DNA from: a virus
Length of the DNA stretch: 47,816 bases
Reading direction: 5' to 3' (one strand)
Virus record (IMG/VR): IMGVR_UViG_3300050154_000050
Coordinates: 1-47,816 of that record
Shown here: one piece after another, positions 1-8,410 of the stretch
How positions within the stretch are numbered: the first letter of the stretch is position 1
Layout of the letters: each line of letters starts with the position of its first letter
Notes under the pieces: generated by a model
Databases searched by the model: none
Told to the model about the DNA's origin: nothing
The model's input: only the letters and a program-made list of their open reading frames with translations
Position numbers and translations under genes: made by a program

Positions 1-127
1 ATTCAATTACAACCGAGAGGTTTATACGTTCGATGGAAACGACTCTCTGGGTAATCCAACATACATTTACGTTACAACAGCAACAACATATTTCAGTCAA
101 TCTAACACTATTTCATATGATGACATT
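1..127. repeat. Terminal direct repeat copy 1 (identical to 47690..47816); circular-assembly overlap
   Basis: All 127 nt read identical to the last 127 nt of the window; unique genome length is therefore 47,689 bp. Confidence 0.95.
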
Positions 128-1714
128 AATGACAGATTCATAGTAACCGCTACATCGTTCACTGGGCAGCATACTGATAGGAATTACATTGGATCTGTTG
201 GTCTGTATCAAGTCGAAGCAACGTGGGCGGGCTGGTATACATCAAACGTTACATGCACAGAGCTATGGCTTAATTTTGTGTTTCAGCAAGGTTTAAAGGG
301 AACCGCAATAATAGCCATAGAATATGCTCCATGTGATTCAGATGGTAACTCCACAGGCGCGGTAGTCCCGCTAACCGTATCTTATAGTAAAGACACATAT
401 GATGACTGGTCATTTACTTATAAAATTCCATCACTTACCGAATCTTATTACAAAGTTAGAGCCAGAAGAACTAACAACTCAAGTGATTACAGCGCAGTGA
501 AAGTTGAAAAAATATCGGCGATGATCAAGCGCGTAAATGTAGTTCATGCTGACGATACCATTTGGACAATAAAGACAACAGCCAATAACCAAAGCGCTGG
601 CACTGAAATGAAATTTAACGTCATGGCTAGCCGCAAAATGATTTGGTGGGATGGTTCAACTGTTCGCGGTTGGAATGCGACAACCAAAACAGAAATACCG
701 TCAGACATGCGAGCAAGTCAATTTTGTGCTGATGCCATTCTACACAACTGGATTGTAATGGGTGGAAATACAGTAGACGGTATCGATGTCGAAGGTCTCT
801 ATGAAATTCATGATGCACTTTATGCGCAAAATCCAGAGTTGGTTCGATGCTCTGTGACATTTGATGATAAAGACCAATCGCTAGGTGACCGCATTGTTAC
901 TATTGCTAACTTAATGCGCTGTGAAACGTCATTCGATGGCGACAAATATTACTTTGTTCGTGATGAGCCGCGCTCAGTTGTTGTCGCTCAATTTGATGGG
1001 AACAACATCGCGTCAGATGGTTTTAGTCATACTCACAGCTTTCTTGTTGCAGACCAAGTGACAGGTATCAAGTTACAGTGGGTTGACGTTGAAGCGAAAA
1101 ACAAAAAACGTTACATCTATTTAACATTAGACGCTAATGGCAACATTATTGAAGGTCAATCATCTCATCCAAATGAGATTGAATTCACCGGCTGCTGCAA
1201 CTCAACGCAGGCCTATGATCGTGCATACTACGAAATGCGCAGATTGATTTATCGCAATCTTACTGTGCAATTTGACACTTTCAACGAGGGCTTTATCCCA
1301 CGACATGGCGACTTAGTGCGCTACGTTGATTACGCTAATGAATACGTGTTTAACGGCGAGATAATAGCGATAACCATCAATAATGACGGATCCGTGACTT
1401 ACACGACAAGCGCAGTGATAGATCTTGAAGATGGTGTTACATATTCAGCTATTTGCAACAATTCATCAGGCGCCGCAGATAAAGACGGATGGGAAACGGT
1501 TACGGCATGGACTCGCAATTCATTCACGGTTTCTGCGCCGCTCGATGGTGCATTTATCGCAAATGGTGATGATGTTCGTATCGGGTCAAGATACATCATT
1601 AGCAAGCTAGTTGAAAAATCAGCAAATCTATTCCTGATGACAAAGAAAGAACCAAACTCAGATGGAACAATTAACATTGAGCTGCAAAATTATGACGAGC
1701 GCGTATATCCATAG
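1..1714 (+). CDS. Tail-tip host-specificity protein (lambda gpJ-like), 3' portion; continues from 46779..47816 across the circular junction
   Basis: Frame is open from base 2 up to the track ORF 278..1714. 278+47689-46779=1188 is divisible by 3, so it is the same frame as the ORF running off the right end. Joined product is 874 aa and sits after gpL/gpK-like genes. Confidence 0.75.
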   Translation, partial: FNYNREVYTFDGNDSLGNPTYIYVTTATTYFSQSNTISYDDINDRFIVTATSFTGQHTDRNYIGSVGLYQVEATWAGWYTSNVTCTELWLNFVFQQGLKGTAIIAIEYAPCDSDGNSTGAVVPLTVSYSKDTYDDWSFTYKIPSLTESYYKVRARRTNNSSDYSAVKVEKISAMIKRVNVVHADDTIWTIKTTANNQSAGTEMKFNVMASRKMIWWDGSTVRGWNATTKTEIPSDMRASQFCADAILHNWIVMGGNTVDGIDVEGLYEIHDALYAQNPELVRCSVTFDDKDQSLGDRIVTIANLMRCETSFDGDKYYFVRDEPRSVVVAQFDGNNIASDGFSHTHSFLVADQVTGIKLQWVDVEAKNKKRYIYLTLDANGNIIEGQSSHPNEIEFTGCCNSTQAYDRAYYEMRRLIYRNLTVQFDTFNEGFIPRHGDLVRYVDYANEYVFNGEIIAITINNDGSVTYTTSAVIDLEDGVTYSAICNNSSGAADKDGWETVTAWTRNSFTVSAPLDGAFIANGDDVRIGSRYIISKLVEKSANLFLMTKKEPNSDGTINIELQNYDERVYP

Positions 1715-1756
1715 CGCCGTGATATAATGCAGTTAAATAAATAAAGAGGCTTTGAC

Positions 1757-3871
1757 ATGTATAACACTGGAAATCCTATTCCGTCTGCTGCGCTAGAAGA
1801 TATGGCGGATAATGCGCAAACTTTTGATGCGTTAGTGACAAAAACAGAAGGCACTGCCACCGATAGAAAAGGAATAACTCGCCGAGTATTTCAGCAAATT
1901 CTCATGGATATGGGATTCCAGCCTTTATCTGGTTCATTTCAAACTGGTGCAACAATCACAGCAAGAAATCAGACTCTTTATGATGAAGTGTCGCATGTGT
2001 TTTATGCGTGGGGTGGTGCGCTTCCTAAAGTTGTTACTGTTGGCTCAACACCTGCCGCCACTGGCGGCACTGGAGTTGGCGCGTGGGTTGATCGCACTGA
2101 TGTTGTGTTGCGGAAGCAGCTGCCGTATGTGATTTACTCGGCAACTGGCATTGCTGATGCATCTGGAGTGCTAGCTGCTTCGATCGCAGCAGGAGCAGCA
2201 AACAAAATGCTGGCTATCCACGGGATCGCTAACATCGAATCAGCAATTACGATAGATGCTCCGATATTTGACACGAAGCAGCAGATTTTTACCTCGACAT
2301 CTGCTGTCACAATCACATCTGGCTACACGCGCCCAGAGTGGTTCGGCGATGATGAAGGGTCTGTTGATAAGGCAGTCAGAGCTCTACCAAACCCAGCAGG
2401 TGGAATCGTAAAGCTAGAGTCTCGTGCATATAAGCGCAACGGATACTTATATAACTCCGGTAGCTACATGGACCGACCAAATATTAAAATTATTGGTTCG
2501 AAAATGCCTAGGGTGGCATTTGATGCAAAATCACTTGTTGATGGTTCGGTTATTCAAGGACCATTTCTCGCCTTTGCCGATAATTTCCAGTGTGAGAATG
2601 TAGGGTTTGATTCGGGTAAGGACTATATCGACACCTATTGCGGAGGGGTTGGCGGGCCAATTATCGGTGAGGGACTTATTCTAACGTACCCAACAGATGC
2701 ATCAAAGGCCGCAAGTGACTTAAGACGCGGAGCTAGACTTAGCAATGTAATCGGGTTATGTGAATCCCCAACATCTGCAACGCACGCGATAATCGCTGGA
2801 GAGGGGTACACCGATGTATCATGTGACGGTGATATTATAGGAGTTTACGGTGTTCACGGCGTAGTTTTTAAGTGTGATCACGTTACAGCTGATACCGTTA
2901 AGGCTTATGCAAATGCGTCAGAAGGTTTGATTATAAAATCAGACCAACAGGCAACAGCGAAGGCAAATAACATATCAATAAGCAAAGCAATACTTTCTGC
3001 GGGGCTGCCAATTGGCGTATCAAGTGCGGCAGCGACAGCCATCGGTATAGCTCAATCCGGTGTGCAATTCATGTGTGTTGACTCAAACAGTATGAATAAC
3101 GTAAATATAAACTTTCTATCAGCCTCAGGTCAAAAGCACCCAATTGAGTATGTTTTTACTGGCCCCGCAATTATGAGATCTGTTTATGTTGATAAAGCAA
3201 TACTAGACTGCATCGGTTCAGCATCTGGTAATAGCGGTGTTTTCTGCAATCAAAACTTGGCAGGCGGTGAATTTTTAAATTCAGGGGTCGGCGACTTAGA
3301 GGTTAGAAACACAGAAGTTGGTTTGCAATTGCAGCTGACCTCTGCTGGCGGTAGAAATTTATTTAAAAGTAACCATTTATCAGCTATAAATTGCAGAAAC
3401 GCTATAGATATATCTAATTCATCACGGGTAAATATTGACACGGTTAGCGCTGAGAATTGCACAAGTGGGGTAGTTAACATATCAGATTATGCAAAACCTA
3501 GAATAGGGACGATAAATAAGGACTCAGCCAGTGGGCCTGATATAACCGGGCTTGTTCCTGCATTGAGTGCAAATTGGGCATCTGTTGTTGGAGGGCCTGC
3601 ATTTTCCTTGTCTTTGTCATCGTGGGGCGTTGTTTTTAATGGGCTAATTATGCCAACATCAACCAACCAAGCAGTTGCGACTCTGCCAGTGTGGGCAAGA
3701 CCTGTGTCAACAAAGAGATTCACAGTGAACGGGTCTAACGGAAATACCATATCGGCCGTTTCAGTGACGATTGATACATCAGGCGTGATAACGGTAAACG
3801 AGGTAGGCGGAGGGGTAGCTAATTGCTCGTCGTGGCTAAGCCTTGATGGCGTATCGTATGAGATAAAATAA
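1757..3871 (+). CDS. Tailspike / tail fibre 1 with beta-helix (pectate-lyase-like depolymerase) body
   Basis: 704-aa ORF right after the J-like gene. N-terminus MYNTGNPIPSAALEDMADNAQTFDALV resembles phage tail-fibre adaptor domains. Long Gly/Ser/Asn/Val-rich repetitive body. Confidence 0.7.
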   Translation: MYNTGNPIPSAALEDMADNAQTFDALVTKTEGTATDRKGITRRVFQQILMDMGFQPLSGSFQTGATITARNQTLYDEVSHVFYAWGGALPKVVTVGSTPAATGGTGVGAWVDRTDVVLRKQLPYVIYSATGIADASGVLAASIAAGAANKMLAIHGIANIESAITIDAPIFDTKQQIFTSTSAVTITSGYTRPEWFGDDEGSVDKAVRALPNPAGGIVKLESRAYKRNGYLYNSGSYMDRPNIKIIGSKMPRVAFDAKSLVDGSVIQGPFLAFADNFQCENVGFDSGKDYIDTYCGGVGGPIIGEGLILTYPTDASKAASDLRRGARLSNVIGLCESPTSATHAIIAGEGYTDVSCDGDIIGVYGVHGVVFKCDHVTADTVKAYANASEGLIIKSDQQATAKANNISISKAILSAGLPIGVSSAAATAIGIAQSGVQFMCVDSNSMNNVNINFLSASGQKHPIEYVFTGPAIMRSVYVDKAILDCIGSASGNSGVFCNQNLAGGEFLNSGVGDLEVRNTEVGLQLQLTSAGGRNLFKSNHLSAINCRNAIDISNSSRVNIDTVSAENCTSGVVNISDYAKPRIGTINKDSASGPDITGLVPALSANWASVVGGPAFSLSLSSWGVVFNGLIMPTSTNQAVATLPVWARPVSTKRFTVNGSNGNTISAVSVTIDTSGVITVNEVGGGVANCSSWLSLDGVSYEIK

Positions 3872-3875
3872 AAAC

Positions 3876-3899
3876 AAAGCCCCATTACGGGGCTTTTTC
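3876..3899. terminator. Bidirectional intrinsic terminator between convergent tailspike and spanin genes
   Basis: AAAGCCCC-attac-GGGGCTTT hairpin flanked by an A-run and a T-run. Confidence 0.75.
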
Positions 3900-4175
3900 T
3901 TCATCTGAATATCGTTTAATTTCTTTTTGCTGCCATTCGATTATTTTGTCTGAATCGCCATTCGCTTTTTTAATCTCTGCACGCAACGCTGGAACTAACT
4001 CATCAACGCATGTTCCTAGCTTCAAATCACTCGATTCAATCTGCTTTGGCCTTGGAAGCATCGATGTCGGAACTGTTAACACTTTTATTTTTGTCATTGT
4101 TAGCGTGACAGGCTGAGTTTGATGGCTGCATGATGCAGATAGCATCAATAGCATCAGCAGGAATAGTTTGGTCAT
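3885..4175 (-). CDS. o-spanin (Rz1-like outer-membrane lipoprotein), overlapped architecture
   Basis: 96-aa ORF out of frame inside the 3' end of the i-spanin gene (overlap 4036-4175). Signal-like MTKLFLLMLLMLSASC with Cys16 as candidate lipidation site. Confidence 0.6.
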   Translation of the reverse strand: MTKLFLLMLLMLSASCSHQTQPVTLTMTKIKVLTVPTSMLPRPKQIESSDLKLGTCVDELVPALRAEIKKANGDSDKIIEWQQKEIKRYSDEEKAP

Positions 4176-4473
4176 AACATGGCAGTCCTTTTATTTGATT
4201 CTTGATAGAGTATTTTGTCTTTTGTAGCTCATCTGTAATATCGTCGTGCATAGCCTTAATTGCTTGCTGAGTATCATCGATGCTTTGCTGTGTTTCGGCT
4301 TGCTTTGAGATTGTTTCATTGAGTGATGCGTTTTTGTTTTGTGCATCAGTTAGAGATTGCTCAAGTTTTGTTTTGTCTTCTTTGAGTTGCTGGTTGTCGG
4401 AGTAAAGCGATTTTGCAGCGAGAAGTAAAACAAGCAGAGCTAGACCTGCGACAAAGTAAATGTATTTACTCAT
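4036..4473 (-). CDS. i-spanin (Rz-like)
   Basis: N-terminal TM helix YIYFVAGLALLVLLLAA followed by a Q/E/K-rich coiled-coil-like domain; 4-nt overlap with the holin gene. Confidence 0.65.
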   Translation of the reverse strand: MSKYIYFVAGLALLVLLLAAKSLYSDNQQLKEDKTKLEQSLTDAQNKNASLNETISKQAETQQSIDDTQQAIKAMHDDITDELQKTKYSIKNQIKGLPCYDQTIPADAIDAICIMQPSNSACHANNDKNKSVNSSDIDASKAKAD

Positions 4474-4685
4474 AATGATGAACCTTGCTTAACGACGCGC
4501 GACATCAACACAACGGCGAACAGTAGAGAATAAGCCCACTGCGGCATGTTGCTACCGTAGTATTCATTCACCGCTGCAACCACTACGCCGATAGTCGCTG
4601 CATGAACTGAAAACCATTTGTAGCATTGCTGCCAGTCGTCAAGTAAGTGCGCGTTTAACCAGTTTTTTAGTTTAGTTAACATCAT
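4470..4685 (-). CDS. Putative holin/pinholin (two TM helices)
   Basis: 71 aa; hydrophobic segments HAATIGVVVAAV and AYSLLFAVVLM; located between endolysin and spanins. Confidence 0.5.
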   Translation of the reverse strand: MMLTKLKNWLNAHLLDDWQQCYKWFSVHAATIGVVVAAVNEYYGSNMPQWAYSLLFAVVLMSRVVKQGSSL

Positions 4686-5232
4686 CTACCGCCTGTTTTG
4701 GTAATTTACCTACACGAATAAGAAATTCTTCAACCGTTATTTTATTGGTGCAAACTTGCCACTCGTCAAATCTTCGCTGCCATACGCCTTTGCATTTGCT
4801 TGATTTCGAGCAATCAATTTTCTTTGAGTATTTGTATTTAAGAAGATTTCCACAGGCCGACTGAACATCGCCAGCCTTTAAATCACGCATCATGCTTGAT
4901 TTGTTGAATGTTGATTCACCAGCATTTAATGTAAAATCCAGAAATGCGATGTGAGGGCCTCGCTCAAGCTCATAAGGCAGCGATTCAAGCGGCTTATTGT
5001 ATTGCTGCAATGATTGCTCAAGTATTTGCGCGCATTCTTCATCACTGAAATATGTTTTACCAACAACAATTGGCTTTCCTAGTGTTATTTTGGTCTGGCC
5101 ATCGCACCATGTTTTTACTCCAACAGGGTCAACATAAACATAGTTTTTTGTTCCTTCATGATATTGAATGAATGCCGTTGCTAGTGCTGCGGTTAGGCTT
5201 CCGGCGATTATTTTGTTTTTTACCGCCATCAC
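4672..5232 (-). CDS. SAR endolysin, GH24 (T4-lysozyme-type) muramidase
   Basis: Catalytic spacing E-x8-D-x5-T in HEGTKNYVYVDPVGVKT. N-terminal Gly/Ala-rich weak TM IIAGSLTAALATAFI is typical of signal-anchor-release endolysins. Start is GTG 5232 or ATG 5229. Confidence 0.8.
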   Translation of the reverse strand: MMAVKNKIIAGSLTAALATAFIQYHEGTKNYVYVDPVGVKTWCDGQTKITLGKPIVVGKTYFSDEECAQILEQSLQQYNKPLESLPYELERGPHIAFLDFTLNAGESTFNKSSMMRDLKAGDVQSACGNLLKYKYSKKIDCSKSSKCKGVWQRRFDEWQVCTNKITVEEFLIRVGKLPKQAVDDVN

Positions 5233-5403
5233 TCAATCTCCACCAAATCAATGCAATACGGCTCAGTATCAATATAAACAAAAGCCGAGTCTGCGCCAGT
5301 GATAACGCCATGCTTTGGCGATTCTTTTGTAATGCGAAAGCGAGGGATGGTGAATTCTACCTTCTCACCAATAAGTGATTTGAAAAATGTTGTTTTATCC
5401 ATG
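5229..5403 (-). pseudogene. Small ORF split by a 1-nt frame change just upstream of the endolysin
   Basis: ATG 5403 reads MDKTTFFKSLIGEKVEFTIPR, then runs into an implausible tail ending at 5269. The +1 frame from 5339 reads FRITKESPKHGVITGADSAFVYIDTEPYCIDLVEIE and stops in TGATG overlapping the endolysin start. Confidence 0.35.
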
Positions 5404-5414
5404 CTTATTCTCCA

Positions 5415-5443
5415 ACAAAAAGAGCGCTATAAACCGCGCTCTA
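5415..5443 (-). terminator. Intrinsic terminator upstream of the lysis cassette (leftward transcription)
   Basis: Minus strand AGAGCGC-ggtttata-GCGCTCT followed by TTTTTG. Confidence 0.6.
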
Positions 5444-5615
5444 ACCAAAACTTCATCAAACGAAAGTAGTTATAGGCTTCTGCGCCATCAACTGCTTGCT
5501 GCTGCATACGTTTGCACCATTGGCTATACATCAAACCCGCACTCCTTTAGCATCCTAATAGCGGTATTATAACAGCCATTACAGAATAAATCGGCGTATT
5601 GTTGTATTGCACATT

Positions 5616-6083
5616 CTACACGCTGCATTGTTGTTGCCTCATGCCAATGGTCATCATTCGATGTGGAATGGTGAATGGTGTTTTCGGTATCCGCACTTTT
5701 GATGCGTCACGATGTCTTGTTAACACTTGCAGCTTACTTTTAGGTGGACGGTTTCGCACTGGAATACCCTGCAGGCGAAGGTACTTATTAATTGTCGGCG
5801 CTGTCATGTGGTACTTATCGACGATATCTTCCATTTTCACACCGTCTTCATAGTCATCGATGATTAATGCAAGAATTGCATCTGTCATTTTCACATTTGA
5901 CTTATCGCGGTTACGTTTCATTGCGGCGGTAACTTCGGCGTTGTTCAAGTCTGACAACCTGGCGCTGATTGTATCTTTGCTAACACCGTGTTTATCGGCA
6001 AGCGTTAACATGGTAATACGTCCGTCGCAATAATCCTGTAATTCTTGCTTAGTGAAAGCAACTTCCTTTCGTTTTGTGCCCAT
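5616..6083 (-). CDS. DNA-binding protein with two HTH-like segments (candidate regulator)
   Basis: 155 aa; LADKHGVSKDTISARL and IVDKYHMTAPTINKYL look like helix-turn-helix units; last sizeable gene before terminator 5415-5443. Confidence 0.5.
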   Translation of the reverse strand: MGTKRKEVAFTKQELQDYCDGRITMLTLADKHGVSKDTISARLSDLNNAEVTAAMKRNRDKSNVKMTDAILALIIDDYEDGVKMEDIVDKYHMTAPTINKYLRLQGIPVRNRPPKSKLQVLTRHRDASKVRIPKTPFTIPHRMMTIGMRQQQCSV

Positions 6084-6095
6084 TGCTTGTAACTC

Positions 6096-6353
6096 CTAAA
6101 AATTTAATGCAGATAGCTTCTTAATTTGCTTATCGAGTGATTTCAATTTTTTGATGCGCATTTCTTCTGCACGATTAATGGCGTCTTCTTTTGTTAGTTG
6201 AAAATCTTTACCATGAAAATAATGCCAATATCCATTTTCTCTGAATGATGCTACGGATGTGTCATCTGAAATACTTGCATCATGCTCAGTGATTCCAGCT
6301 GTTAATGAATATTTTGTCACATAAATTTTAGTCATATCATTTATTCCATCCAT
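6096..6353 (-). CDS. Hypothetical protein (likely start ATG 6335)
   Basis: Track ORF co-oriented and tightly packed with neighbours; no motif recognised. Confidence 0.5.
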   Translation of the reverse strand: MDGINDMTKIYVTKYSLTAGITEHDASISDDTSVASFRENGYWHYFHGKDFQLTKEDAINRAEEMRIKKLKSLDKQIKKLSALNF

Positions 6354-6546
6354 TACGATTAATCAACTCACGCATTGACTCTCTAATGCGCTCAAGCTCA
6401 CTTTCTAGCGCTTGCTCGATTAACTCATGCGATTGCATTAGCTTGTCTGCATCGTTGCTGCAACGCGCCAATATCATGCGCGTTGTTTGCGTGTAGTGCT
6501 GCTTGTAGCATTCTAGTGGGGTTGTTTTAGGCATTCGCTTTCTCAT
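6337..6546 (-). CDS. Hypothetical protein
   Basis: 69-aa track ORF in the leftward operon, overlapping its neighbours. Confidence 0.5.
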   Translation of the reverse strand: MRKRMPKTTPLECYKQHYTQTTRMILARCSNDADKLMQSHELIEQALESELERIRESMRELINRNGWNK

Positions 6547-6931
6547 CGGCTAATGAGTAAATTTTCTGCATTCCAATTACAACAATAAAATAGCAAAGCG
6601 AGCACCAATAAAAACCAAATGAGGCAAGCGCGATAAACTCAATGAACGTTGAAGCTTTGCAATATTTTGTGTGATATTGCTGTCTATCTTTTATTGATTT
6701 TACAAGCTTAGATGTATGCTCTTCTTTTGATAGCAAAAGAGCGATACCACACAGTAGTGAAAACGCAGACATAACATAAACAAAGTTTTTTGCGTAATCA
6801 CTCCACTGTTGCGTCTCACCAAATACTGCGTAATAAAAAATAGCGTAAACACACAAGTCAGCAGCTACGTTACGGATAAACTTAACATTAAGCATCATTC
6901 TCTCTCCTCCAAATTGTCGCCTTGTTCGCAT
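6527..6931 (-). CDS. Membrane protein, 3-4 TM helices (likely start ATG 6898 behind GGAGG)
   Basis: Hydrophobic segments LCVYAIFYYAVF, VYVMSAFSLLCGIALLL and FIALASFGFYWCSLCYFIVVIG; GGAGGAGAGA precedes ATG 6898. Confidence 0.55.
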   Translation of the reverse strand: MRTRRQFGGERMMLNVKFIRNVAADLCVYAIFYYAVFGETQQWSDYAKNFVYVMSAFSLLCGIALLLSKEEHTSKLVKSIKDRQQYHTKYCKASTFIEFIALASFGFYWCSLCYFIVVIGMQKIYSLADEKANA

Positions 6932-7244
6932 TTAGCTTTCTTCGCGTGTCGCAGAAATCTTTTAACTTTTGCGATTTGCACTCTTTCTCTGCTTGCTTGT
7001 ATAGCTCAGCCACGTGCATTGCGTTATTGCCAAAATCATCACTTTCGTCATTAAGAAGCCGCTCAAGCTGCATTGCTTTTTCGAGTTTGCTGCCAAGCTC
7101 TTTTTTGTCCGTATCAGCAAAAGCGTCAACAGTCATTTTGTTTGCGCCGGCAAACTTTACGCATGATTTGTGTTGCTTTGTGCGCGGCTTTACTGGCTTT
7201 TCGCGTGTTGCATACAAATCATCATGCCAGATTTCTTGTTCCAT
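6888..7244 (-). CDS. Hypothetical protein
   Basis: 118-aa track ORF; TAATG coupling with the upstream gene at 7244. Confidence 0.5.
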   Translation of the reverse strand: MEQEIWHDDLYATREKPVKPRTKQHKSCVKFAGANKMTVDAFADTDKKELGSKLEKAMQLERLLNDESDDFGNNAMHVAELYKQAEKECKSQKLKDFCDTRRKLNANKATIWRRENDA

Positions 7245-7945
7245 TATTTGCTTCCTTGCAGTTTTTCTTTGTGAATGATTGCGCCAGCGATGTAATTGAT
7301 TGCACCAAGCAACTCACGAATAGCGGCATCGTGCGCAAGTCGTTGTGATTCCTGCATCTTCTTCATTGCTTGGCCAAGCGCGAAACCTTCCCCGCACAAA
7401 TCTTGAATAAGCTGCATTGGCTGTTTTGTAAATGGCAAATCCTGTCCGTGACGCTCTTGGCCTTTACCAGATGATGCTTGGTCATAAGCGCGACGCAATA
7501 CGTTACTTAATGATGCGTAGTTGTCGGCTCGTTTTTCTGCTTCTTCGAATGATAATGAAATACCTGAGTCATCGGTAGACGCGCAATCATAAGCGCGACT
7601 ATCAACAACCTTACAAGGCTTAATATCTTCAACCTGCTTATCTTCTGCGATGTTTGTTTTTGCGCCAATTGCGTACTTTTCGTTATAAGCATCAACAAAC
7701 TGACGCTTCATGATGATTGTTCGTTTCCAATTTGCACATACCTCACAAACTATTGCAATTTTAGATACAAATCCATTACCAGAAAAACCACCATAAACTT
7801 TTTCTGGTTTTCTTGAATACCCAGTTATGGCAATTCCTTCATCAAAATTCTCGCAAACAATAAACTTAACGTCTGCATCAATATCATAAGGCTTAACACC
7901 AGCATCAAGCATCAACTCAATAAGTGTTTTCTTTTTGGTTGTCAT
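7244..7945 (-). CDS. Hypothetical protein; C-terminal all-alpha region SSGKGQERHG...GQAMKK (possibly MazG-like, unassigned)
   Basis: 233-aa track ORF; GGAG 8 nt before ATG 7945; first gene downstream of motif copy 7961-7974. Confidence 0.55.
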   Translation of the reverse strand: MTTKKKTLIELMLDAGVKPYDIDADVKFIVCENFDEGIAITGYSRKPEKVYGGFSGNGFVSKIAIVCEVCANWKRTIIMKRQFVDAYNEKYAIGAKTNIAEDKQVEDIKPCKVVDSRAYDCASTDDSGISLSFEEAEKRADNYASLSNVLRRAYDQASSGKGQERHGQDLPFTKQPMQLIQDLCGEGFALGQAMKKMQESQRLAHDAAIRELLGAINYIAGAIIHKEKLQGSK

Positions 7946-7960
7946 TTCATTAACTCCGTT

Positions 7961-7974
7961 ATTTAACTATTACA
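7961..7974 (-). promoter_or_regulatory. 14-bp motif TGTAATAGTTAAAT (perfect copy), pointing into 7244..7945
   Basis: Plus strand ATTTAACTATTACA; 15 nt (aacGGAGttaatgaa) separate the motif from the ATG. Confidence 0.6.
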
Positions 7975-7999
7975 AATACTAGCACAACATGCGCTGCAA

Positions 8000-8410
8000 T
8001 CAAGGTTTATATCGCTGTTTTATGAAATTAATGGCAGCCTCCCATCCTAGCGCAACACATACATGAGAGCCTAGTTTGTGACACTGCATAAGGTATTCTT
8101 GCTGGCCTGTTTGCCAATGGCTTTTCGTGTGGTCAATGCGCTTTAGTTCTATAACGATTGCAGGCGTACAAGGGATAACCACATCGCTTGCACCTGTGTT
8201 TAATGCGCCTCGCAGCTTGTCTTGCTTTGCCTTGTAAAAGTCTTTACCCGTTCGCTTTGCTTCGTTTTTAGGATGCACGGCAATGCTGTGCAATTCAGGA
8301 AACTGAATACGCAATTGGTTAAAAAATGTGACATGCTCAACATCTTCGAGCGGGCATTCACCTCGATAATTTACGTCACCTGCAACATGTAGCCATGATG
8401 GGAATTTCAT
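8000..8410 (-). CDS. VRR-NUC domain nuclease
   Basis: 136 aa; PD-(D/E)XK-type signature GASDVVIP...IVIELKR; 4-nt overlap with the helicase gene. Confidence 0.75.
   Translation of the reverse strand: MKFPSWLHVAGDVNYRGECPLEDVEHVTFFNQLRIQFPELHSIAVHPKNEAKRTGKDFYKAKQDKLRGALNTGASDVVIPCTPAIVIELKRIDHTKSHWQTGQQEYLMQCHKLGSHVCVALGWEAAINFIKQRYKP

Noticed and set aside
2134-3885. Antisense track ORFs inside tailspike 1 (2134..2316, 3250..3480, 3487..3885)
   Set aside because: They are fully nested opposite a long, well-supported CDS, lack RBSs and have mirror-image composition. They are typical shadow ORFs.
5172-5853. Plus-strand ORFs 5172..5378, 5387..5572 and 5599..5853
   Set aside because: They lie opposite the leftward operon and cross the terminator and gene boundaries. 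Their Cys/Leu/Phe-rich translations are implausible.
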